A DNA stretch of 64,000 nucleotides from Blastocatellia bacterium. GTDB lineage: Bacteria; Acidobacteriota; Blastocatellia; UBA7656. The DNA is taken from the NCBI GenBank assembly GCA_963765495.1, contig CAVXWP010000001.1, positions 1,248,715-1,312,714 of the forward strand. Reading direction: 5' to 3'. This document shows positions 57,101-64,000 of the stretch, one piece after another. Made by a program: the position numbers and the translations under genes. The notes beneath the pieces were generated by a model. That model did no database searches. It was not told where the DNA came from and saw only the letters and a list, made by a program, of their open reading frames with translations. Numbering within the stretch: position 1 is the stretch's first letter; each line of letters begins with the position of its first letter.

Positions 57101-57403
57101 CGCAACGGCTCTGTGACTGTCCGCAAGCGAGCCGCTTCGGCTCTTTCGCGGTTCCGAGACGACAGGGCAATCGAAGCACTCAGCTCGCTTTTGACCGATC
57201 GCAACGATGAAATCCGACAGCAGGCCGTCGAGGGGCTGGGCGAGATAGGTAATCAGCGCGTGGTAGTTCAGCTTGAGCAGATGGCCGACAACGACAACAG
57301 TTCGGATGTGCGCTCTGCCGCTGCCCGTGCCATCGAGCATATACGCGCTCAAGGTCAGGGAGGAAATCAGAAACCGGACCGGCAAAAGGCATCGCGTCCT
57401 TGA
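54149..57403 (+). CDS. Secreted HEAT-repeat (PBS-lyase-type) protein, about 33 repeats
   Basis: 1084 aa. Signal peptide (ILLIVVLFAPLGFSPLVRA-QS). A ~31-aa unit of the form D..VR..AA.ALG.LGD.RAV.PL...L.D recurs throughout. Confidence 0.85.
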   Translation: MRKAVSSITILLIVVLFAPLGFSPLVRAQSGEEKQQPSSPTLEKARQIAALVESRDSQALSKIREALSSDDWYVRGTAAEALGHLGDKSAARDLLPLIEDRNWFVRNAALWSLIALKEASVAADVQKLVESSDPYERAQALTALGQFNYTPATDSLIQALADENEQVRRAAASALGEMKASRSVDALLPLLKDDDPAVRTSAVIALGKLGNSRAEPMIAALLADAGEDSWQYAASLYRLGNRDHLEGVTSALKSPYPDVRLQALNTVAEFGDARALPDVLEMAKTASAKASDATGDREALEMRLGVARSLYRFEGEQSREALITMLEDPTPQVRAVAVESLGKVGAGTGGSDQSGRLLSALISLLSKEKSPVVVSALGESLASFDRNRVIDLLLESRKADGKLSPNVASALQAVDVTTDTLIARLNSTDADERMRAAERLGLLGDQQAVEPLMAVLAASKEVELRARTASALGELGDRRAVDALIEASGAPEKEVKRAAVTSLGLIGDPAATDTLFRAARDSDPAVHASAVRSLALLGISVERLATDLSNPNWQVRAAAVSTLARLGDRSAVPTVIDALKDRDPRVRAEAATTLSALEDPSAISPLIGALGDTSADVRIQATTALGRFKDNRALAPLTGLLNDRDSRVSLAAAESLARMQDPRATRVLIESLSKEDYRVRARAAQVLARVSAEGNTDQALPALASAIRDRDPVVRYYASEALEGAGAKSVPLLIQLLRSEREADRGRAGRVLWRLGKPSVEPLIALLEDRSSTPETRAVAASTLGMIGDARAIKPLTALLKDERYFVRQQAARALGQMGEPAIEQVLGMTTSSVPATREAAIEALGGINSATSIDRIIEALSDSNPAVRAAAVRALGESANERAVAPLMTLMRDESSPLRPQAAASLAKLGPVALPGLISALRADHPSTRALASESLGYIASPEAVQPLISLVRTDSSGARSEAIEALGKIGDPAAIDAIIQAIRNGSVTVRKRAASALSRFRDDRAIEALSSLLTDRNDEIRQQAVEGLGEIGNQRVVVQLEQMADNDNSSDVRSAAARAIEHIRAQGQGGNQKPDRQKASRP

Positions 57404-57453
57404 TTTGAAGTTGTTTCGAGAACCGGGTACGATCTTAAAAAGAAGTTGAATCT

Positions 57454-58062
57454 ATGACGAGAAAACTGCAACACATTCTAATAATTTCACTGGTTCTGAT
57501 CGTGATGGCGTTCGCCGGTTGTGTCAGTGACCCGACGCCGACCACCTCAAGCTCCGGCGGCACACAGCCGTCTGCCACCCCCACCCCCGATCAGCCCGCG
57601 ACTGCTTCAACAAATAGCTCTACAAGTGGCGCTACGCCACCCGAATCCGCGACGGGCGGGGCAGCGACCGGAGGCGATAATGGACAGGCGAAAGGAAGAC
57701 TGGCTGGAACTTACACCCTGGCCGAAGTCGAACACGACGGCACTGTGGATATGATAAGCTCCGACAACGCTACCGAGATCAGATTCAGACCCGATGTTCA
57801 AAGTCCGCTCAGTACCGGCACGTTCAATCGAACATCGAGAATGAATAAGAAGGTGGATCACATAGATACCGGGCAGTATTTGATAGAGCCGCCCGATAAA
57901 TTCAGTTTGAATATCCTCACATCCAAAAGACAGATGGTAAATCCGCCGGTTCGGAAGGATTACAAATACGCGCTTTCCCCGGATGGCGATGAACTGAGGC
58001 TGACGGCCCCGGATGGGAAAATGGCCCTGTTTCGCAGAACGAAACCGCTGCCGGAGAAGTGA
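57454..58062 (+). CDS. Lipoprotein, hypothetical
   Basis: 202 aa. Lipobox MAFAGC, followed by a low-complexity S/T/P/A linker. Confidence 0.65.
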   Translation: MTRKLQHILIISLVLIVMAFAGCVSDPTPTTSSSGGTQPSATPTPDQPATASTNSSTSGATPPESATGGAATGGDNGQAKGRLAGTYTLAEVEHDGTVDMISSDNATEIRFRPDVQSPLSTGTFNRTSRMNKKVDHIDTGQYLIEPPDKFSLNILTSKRQMVNPPVRKDYKYALSPDGDELRLTAPDGKMALFRRTKPLPEK

Positions 58063-58073
58063 AGTGGCTCTGA

Positions 58074-58544
58074 ATGGGCATAACCCGATCCGCGATGCTG
58101 ATATTTCTCAGCCTGCTCGCTGTGGCGTCCCTGTCGTGTCACGAGGGTGGCGAGACTTCTACTCCGAGCCAGGGGCAGCAATATGCCGCCTCGCCTGAGA
58201 TAGCCGAGAATTCAGGCCGTCATCTGTCGGGTGAATTTGCGGTTCGCTCAGTCGAAGATGTTTATACGGCTAAGGATTTTACAAACCCGGTTGATGTGAT
58301 TTTCAAGTTCACCGAAGACGGGACATTCCGCCGAGAGCGGTTGTCGAAGGGAGTAGTTACAAGCTGGGATGAAGGGTCTTATATCATAGATACACACGAC
58401 AATCTGGCGCTCTATATTGAGAGCGCCGGGGGAGTCGCGTTTGCCTCGGCCCGCCTTGAGGTTTACACCATAAAAGAGCAGGGCGTCGAGGGATTAAAAT
58501 TGAGTCGAGGCGAGGCGCTGACTCTTCTCCTGCAAAAAAGATAG
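58074..58544 (+). CDS. Lipoprotein, hypothetical
   Basis: 156 aa. Signal plus lipobox-like VASLSC. 11 nt downstream of the previous lipoprotein gene. Confidence 0.6.
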   Translation: MGITRSAMLIFLSLLAVASLSCHEGGETSTPSQGQQYAASPEIAENSGRHLSGEFAVRSVEDVYTAKDFTNPVDVIFKFTEDGTFRRERLSKGVVTSWDEGSYIIDTHDNLALYIESAGGVAFASARLEVYTIKEQGVEGLKLSRGEALTLLLQKR

Positions 58545-58726
58545 TTTGAAAGGTTCAATAAGAGACCGTGTGAAAAAGAACTTTTTTGCGAAATTCGATT
58601 TAGACTTTCCGGCTCTTGTTTGTTGCGCTATGATAGCAATAGTTGAACACTCGCGTGGGCAAAAGGGTGGAAATCTGGTAGCAACGATCCGTCCTTGACA
58701 GGATCAAAGATAGGGAGAAGCAGAAA

Positions 58727-59200
58727 ATGCGCGCCTATGATGGTATAAAGGCGGAGCGAGGGCGCCCGGTCAACCTTGAGACGCCCGATTTTCTAGAACA
58801 GGCTCGTCAATTACTTTCCAGGAGCATCCCCGTAGAGATGCGCATGAGCGGCAGCAGCATGCGACCCTCTATTGAGGACGGGGATATCATTACCATCTTA
58901 CCCATAACGGATACCCCTTTGAAACCGGGCGACGTTGTTTTGTACCAGAGCCGCTACGATACGGCAGTCATCCACAGAGTCGTTCGCGTCGAACGGGCAA
59001 CCTCCTCCGAGCGCACGATTGTGACTCGCGGCGATGCATCGTTGCAAAATGATATGCCGGTGCCGCAGCACAGGGTGCTGGGACTTGTGAAGCGCGTCGA
59101 GCGCGCAGGCGAGCGCATAAAGATGGTCAGACCTCGAAACAAGACCGTTAAATGGACGATTGCCTTTCTGCGCAAACTCAAGTTCTGGGCCAACTCCTGA
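58727..59200 (+). CDS. S24/S26-family serine peptidase (Sec11/SipW-type signal-peptidase-like), no obvious membrane anchor
   Basis: 157 aa. SGSSMRPSIEDGDII (nucleophile Ser), VIHRVVRV (His) and TRGDASLQND resemble archaeal/ER-type signal peptidase I motifs. Confidence 0.55.
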   Translation: MRAYDGIKAERGRPVNLETPDFLEQARQLLSRSIPVEMRMSGSSMRPSIEDGDIITILPITDTPLKPGDVVLYQSRYDTAVIHRVVRVERATSSERTIVTRGDASLQNDMPVPQHRVLGLVKRVERAGERIKMVRPRNKTVKWTIAFLRKLKFWANS

Positions 59201-59283
59201 ATCAGAGCGCAATATTTCCAAATACGCCGGAAATCAAACCCTCCAATCTGAGGTCTCGAATCTCAAAACACAAATCAGGCTCG

Positions 59284-60144
59284 TCACCCGGCGACGATCC
59301 TGCCTGCCGCCAGCAGGCCAAATAAAATAAGTCCAAGCACGATCCTGTATCCTACGAAGAGAAAAGTGGTGTGTCGCTGAAGATATCTTATGAGAAAGGC
59401 GATAGATATATACCCCGATATGGCCGCCACTATGGTCGCTATGATGAGCGTGGTCCAGTTTGAATCGAGCGATTTAAAGGCTTTGGGCAATTCAAGCAGG
59501 CCGCTGCCGGCGATGGCAGGCATAGAAAGCAGGAATGAAAAGCGAGCCGCGGTCTCGCGGGTGAGCCCGCTAAAGAGGCCCCCCGTAATAGTAGTGCCTG
59601 AGCGGGAAGAGCCTGGGATGAGCGCGAAGATTTGAGCGAAGCCTACGATTATGGCGTCGCGCAGTTTCAGATCCTTCATATCGCGGCTGTGACGAGCGGT
59701 AAGCTCTGCGATGGTCAACAGGATGGCAAGCCCTATCAAACTTGCGGCTATGACCCTGATATCTTTGGTGAGCTTGCCTTCGATGACGTGTCTGAAAAGC
59801 AGTCCGACGACGGCGACCGGGATAGAGCCTGCGATGACGAGCCAGCCAAGCCAGGCATTGTATTTAGCGGTTTCGCTTACGGGTTTGCGCCTGATCAAAG
59901 CCAGGTTGGCAGAGACAAAGCCGATGATGATATTAATTATGTCGGACCAGAAGTATATGATAACGGCAACGAGCGTGCCCAGTTGAATGACGGCGATGAG
60001 AGCGGTCCACTGATCGGGGTGATCGGGATTGATGAGGCCAAAGAGATTGCCTGCGATAGTGAGATGAGCAGTGCTGCTGATGGGGATAAATTCCGTGAGA
60101 CCCTGAATCAACCCTAAAATGATGGCTTGCCAGATTGACATCAA
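59284..60144 (-). CDS. uppP: Undecaprenyl-diphosphate phosphatase
   Basis: 286 aa. LGLIQGLTEFIPISSTAHL and PGSSRSGTTITGG are BacA/UppP motifs. Confidence 0.9.
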   Translation of the reverse strand: MMSIWQAIILGLIQGLTEFIPISSTAHLTIAGNLFGLINPDHPDQWTALIAVIQLGTLVAVIIYFWSDIINIIIGFVSANLALIRRKPVSETAKYNAWLGWLVIAGSIPVAVVGLLFRHVIEGKLTKDIRVIAASLIGLAILLTIAELTARHSRDMKDLKLRDAIIVGFAQIFALIPGSSRSGTTITGGLFSGLTRETAARFSFLLSMPAIAGSGLLELPKAFKSLDSNWTTLIIATIVAAISGYISIAFLIRYLQRHTTFLFVGYRIVLGLILFGLLAAGRIVAG

Positions 60145-60272
60145 AAATATCCTTCCCCTTGAATGTTCAACGGGCGAGTGATACTACAAACAGGAGAGCT
60201 TAACTGTCAACGTCAGTCCGCAGGAAGTTGAGCGAGGGCTATAAAAATCATTCGAGAGGCGTAAGAAATAGC

Positions 60273-60467
60273 ATGAGCGAAGAGAGTAAACGGGGATTAC
60301 GAATCTTTCTGCAATACTGGGCGCTGTTGGGAGTGCTCGCGGGATTTAATCTATACCTCTATTTCAAGCGAGGCTCCGCGCTTTCGCTGATACTGGCCGT
60401 CGTCTGTAGTTGCATATTCATAGGCTGGGTCTTTTTCTATATATTTTACGTACGTCGAGAGAAGTAG
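60273..60467 (+). CDS. Small hypothetical membrane protein (64 aa)
   Basis: Two hydrophobic helices (YWALLGVLAGFNLYLYF and LILAVVCSCIFIGWVFFYIFY). Start is uncertain (60228 or 60273). Confidence 0.4.
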   Translation: MSEESKRGLRIFLQYWALLGVLAGFNLYLYFKRGSALSLILAVVCSCIFIGWVFFYIFYVRREK

Positions 60468-60480
60468 GCATAAGTGAAAG

Positions 60481-60510
60481 TTGACAGGCAAGCGAGTAGT
60501 TGTTTAAGAT
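60481..60510 (+). promoter_or_regulatory. Sigma-70-like promoter candidate for tRNA-Phe
   Basis: TTGACA (60481-60486), an 18-nt spacer, then TAAGAT (60505-60510), about 40 nt upstream of the tRNA. Confidence 0.35.
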
Positions 60511-60549
60511 CACTATCTTGAATTGAGGGGCTAAAAGAGACCCGTAAGT

Positions 60550-60625
<76 letters not shown>

Positions 60626-60670
60626 ATAGAATCAATAACTTACAGGCGGTCGAAAGATTGCTTTTTCCTT

Positions 60671-60694
60671 CAGGGCCACATTCAGGGCCACATT
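60671..60694. repeat. Perfect tandem 12-mer (CAGGGCCACATT x2) between the tRNA and the integrase relic
   Basis: 60671-60682 equals 60683-60694. Confidence 0.8.
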
Positions 60695-60740
60695 GAAATT
60701 GCATGTCTGATTAATATGGATCTTAAATCCTCCAATTGAT

Positions 60741-60970
60741 ATTGCCGCAAAATGTTGGAGGGACGCTACCGCAAAGGACGACGCTTCAACACAACCCACT
60801 TGGGCAACGCAAAGCGGCTGTTCGCAGACGAAAACCCAAAGGTGGTCAGCGGGCGACAGGGGCACTCCTCGATTGTGCTGACTCTAAACACCTACTTGCA
60901 AGTCCCCCCCCCCTAAATGCAGAAAGCGGCGACCAACAAACTAGCTAGGATGCTGTTCGAAAGGGAGGGC
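60741..60970 (+). pseudogene. C-terminal relic of a tyrosine recombinase/integrase
   Basis: Translation: ..RFNTTHLGNAKRLFADENPKVVSGRQGHSSIVLTLNTYLQVPPP*MQKAATNKLARMLFE. This parallels the integrase C-terminus HDLRHT...NPKVVSERLGHSSI.LTLDTYSHV.P.MQ..AA..L. The catalytic box is degenerate, there is an in-frame TAA, and the N-terminal two-thirds is missing. Confidence 0.65.
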
Positions 60971-61004
60971 ATTGAAGTTAACCAGCAAAAACTTGCAACA
61001 CGCT

Positions 61005-64000
61005 TTAACCGGACAGAAGACGTTGTTTCTCGGCCTCTACGTCTCTGTAAGTTGCCTCTCTATCCCCAGGACGCCGCAATGCGTTCAAGCATATCTCGGG
61101 TTCTGGGCCATGGTATACCCACGGTACGAGCCATCTCCGCCACTGTTCAGCAATAGTGCGCTCTTTATCCCCACCTTCGTATAACCCATGCGAGACAACT
61201 CCTCTTGAGTTGTATTGCTCAATAGCGATCCCCTTCTCGATGTCATCCGATTGCAGTTCCTCAATCAAGTTTCTGAGTTCAATATGTGGCCAAGCGAGAT
61301 CGGAAGGATCAGGAGGATAGTAATAGAGTACGTTGCCAATATGTTGATCAGCGACAGTCTGGCGGTCCCTCTCCGATGCTAGCATGCGGGTTGTAGCTAT
61401 CCATTCCCTCAATTCCTCTGCCTTAACTTGCAGCGCTTCATCAACACCGGGCGGTTGGTGCCATAATCTTAATAGCTCCCAGGCGAAGTGCGCGCGACGT
61501 TTCTGTTCGTCGGTAACTGGTTCCTCTCCTTTTTCAGCAGAATGGGCCTTATAAAGATCGCAGATCACATCAATAAAAAATCTCGGGTCTGTAGATAGAA
61601 TTTTGTGCAAAGCGAGATCCTTTTTTCAAAGCTCCGTGTAAGTAGTGGTAGGTACGCATATTCGCGGCGAGCGAGTTCGGCTAAGTCGAGATCGCTGCGG
61701 GATGGAGCAAATCAAACAATTCCTCTATCCAGTGGGAGCCACTCGACATGCGCGAAGTCTTACCTTCATTTAATTCCTTTAGGGCTTGGTCCAATACTCC
61801 CAAGAGATTTTCGGAATCCAAAAGGGTAAGGCTTTTTGGCGTCAGCGCAATAACATCAAGGGCGCGGCCCACAGCCATAAGTTTCTCAACAGCCATTAAG
61901 ATTGTTTCTCTATCTTCAGTCGGGTGAATCCAATGCTTATTTTGCCAATACTCTCGTTCTACATCGGGGCCTAAAGTACTGACCAGTTCAAATGTCTCTC
62001 GTGTCTCTGGATAGTCAATAAAGGCGATGGCCTTCACATCGGCGGGCCACCCCCTCTCATCAGCTAGGGAAATAACCACACTGGTCCATTGGTACCCCAA
62101 TCGGTAATAAGCAATGCGAGACAGAATGGCGGCAAAGTTACGTTGCCTATGTGAACCTTGAGCCGCTCTGCCGTAAACGTCCAGGAGCGCCTCATCACTT
62201 TGCAGCAGGTTAAATACGGGCGCGCTCAATAGGGCTGGGTACGACACTCTGTCTAAGACTCATCAATACCTCAACGCCACCCGCCTCCCAAATCTCTTCA
62301 ACAGCCTCGGCTCTTAATCTTTTACGTTCCACATCCAACGCTTGAAAGTCATTACTTGAAAGCGGAATGTCCGGATGAGACTCATTGAAAAGCCACGCCA
62401 CTCGTTCCGCTGGATCAATCGGGGCAAACAAATTTTCTATCTCCTCCAGTCGCTCAAGCTGATTGGCGGGTAGTGCCATGCCGCTCTGCAAACTGACGAT
62501 GAGAATTTATGAAATCTCTTAATGCATTCCAAAGGCTATTGCGGTCATTCTCTGTTAGATCTGTTGCAGCCAACGATCTGAAACGATTCTCTATTGCAGT
62601 TTGGTGAGATTCCGAAACCTGAGTGTAAAACTGAATCAGTTGTTTGCATCGACTCTGCTCAATCCCGGCATACTTAATCGTACGATCTATATACTCAAAA
62701 TAAGCTTGCCGAACCCCTCCGTGCGTCAACTTTTCTCGCTTCGAACGTGAAAGGTCCTTCCAAATTGGATCATTCGTGGGCGACGCAAAATCATTTGGCT
62801 TTGGCATCAATACGAGCAATAATGACCAGCCAACCTCAGGTTCGCGCTCCAATATTGGATCCAGCGCTTGTAGGCGTTGCTCAAGACTAGCGCTTGTGCC
62901 TGGATTCCACGCTAAGAAGATCCCTCGGAGGCTGTTAATAGGCCTATTGACTAAGCGACCGCCCGGATCAAGCTTCGCCATTTGTGCCAATATAAGGGCT
63001 ACACGTCCGAGATACATTGGATCCCAAGCCAGAGTTTCCAGAGCCCACCAGAGGGCGGGGTGCAATGGGTGTCCAAAAGTGCTATCGCCTTCTTCAAAGA
63101 TGGGGAGTAGCTTTTCAATCGGACCCTGGAGGAGATGTTCCAGGGACTCCAGAAAAGGGTTTGGAGCGGCCTCCACCAAGACCGGATACTGTTCTCTCAG
63201 GCTTGCCGTAAGCCGCCAGTCCTCATTTAATCCTGGCAACCGGCGGATGAGTTGATCGGCAAAGGCTTGGCATCTCTGATTTGCCGGTATAGCTCCAGTC
63301 GCTTCAAGATCGGTACCTATAACAACAATTCTGAGCAGGGTCTCCGCAAGTCCGTCCCGAAGCCATTTGGAGTGGCGCATTCCACCCGTGTGCAGCGTCG
63401 CATAGGCCCTCTCGTCGGGAGGAAAGTCAATGGCCGGGTCCTTTTCTTCAAATACTCTCAGGACAATGTCACTTAGTCTTTCCAAATGACTGCGGGTAAT
63501 GTAACGAACCACCAAGGCGAAAGCCGTGGCAGGCGCAGTCACAACCCAGGCGTCGCCGACCTTTGTTAGTAAGGGATGGTCGACTGATAAGAATGGATGG
63601 AGTTGATCACAGAAGGTAACAAAGTTTTCCCCTGTAATTGCCTGAATGACCTCTTTGTCGCCATCAAAGTGTTCGCTCCAGCCACCGAGCAAAATGGCAA
63701 GAACTACCTTATCTGAATGCTCCGCTTTCGCCCATCAGGGATTTCCGAGCATAGGTCTGCTTGTTGTAATAGATTCCACACGCGCCAGACCGAAGGGCTG
63801 CAACCACACGCACGCGCTTCGATCTCGGATTGATCTTGAGTTAGCCCCATTTCAATTAGGGCTTTTGTGAATTGATCCGTCAGAGAATTTTGAAGCTGAT
63901 AGCCCTCCTTGCGCGTTATTGCAGAGTTGCCAAGGGCAGTAATAACAGTGTGTTGGAAGCGGGCAAGCAACTGCGCCTTTTCTGTTGCAGGGGGGCGTAA
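61005..64000 (-). pseudogene. Large ORF of unknown function broken into at least 5 pieces (runs off the window end)
   Basis: Minus-strand ORFs 63704-64000, 62454-63692, 62210-62491, 61681-62247 and 61005-61610 abut or overlap in different frames. The text reads continuously across junctions. No motif recognised. Confidence 0.5.

Overview
A 64-kb bacterial chromosomal window, moderately GC-rich. Gene content suggests an Acidobacteriota-like genome (secreted VWA protein, EPS genes, HEAT-repeat giants), but this is inference only.

Layout:
(1) 1-14.1 kb: plus-strand exopolysaccharide/O-antigen-type locus. It holds four GT4 glycosyltransferases, a split Alg14/Alg13-like transferase, two gmd paralogues, fcl, a NodU/CmcH-type carbamoyltransferase and a WecA/MraY-type initiating transferase. 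A ~1.7 kb foreign-looking insert interrupts it at 5.68-7.31 kb.
(2) 14.4-22.6 kb: minus-strand lasso-peptide (RiPP) cluster. Order is PqqD-like B1, B2 protease, Asn-synthetase-like cyclase, a 49-aa precursor overlapping the cyclase stop, HPr-kinase-like kinase, a PRMT-fold methyltransferase with a PqqD-like tail, a nucleotidyltransferase and an ABC exporter.
(3) 22.9-31.05 kb: mixed genes (small membrane protein, coiled-coil protein, VWA protein, MFS, Tat-exported oxidoreductases, epimerase, rmlD).
(4) 31.1-40.0 kb: an operon of three paralogous Clp/Hsp100-like double-AAA+ proteins of 1097, 1088 and 761 aa. Each has HicB-like N-terminal domains. The two large ones end in a module that looks, at motif level, like a class-I peptide release factor without its GGQ domain. 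This is my top candidate for an undescribed system.
(5) 40.1-60.5 kb: GNAT plus OSBS/NSAR enolase, fabG, HtrA protease, sigma-54 two-component pair, recA, a 1.8-kb gene-poor gap, otsA, a 1084-aa secreted HEAT-repeat protein, two lipoproteins, an S24/S26-like peptidase and uppP.
(6) 60.55 kb to the end: tRNA-Phe followed by a decayed island (integrase relic and a large ORF in several frame-shifted pieces).

Non-coding structure is rich. At least ten intergenic palindromes have arms built from tandem heptamers; one sub-family occurs four times with a conserved loop. There is also a 144-bp MITE-like element with 19-bp terminal inverted repeats and a 9-bp target duplication, and a strictly phased 8 x 21-bp array. 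I saw no rRNA, CRISPR array or intact transposase. All functional calls come from reading motifs by eye; no searches were run.
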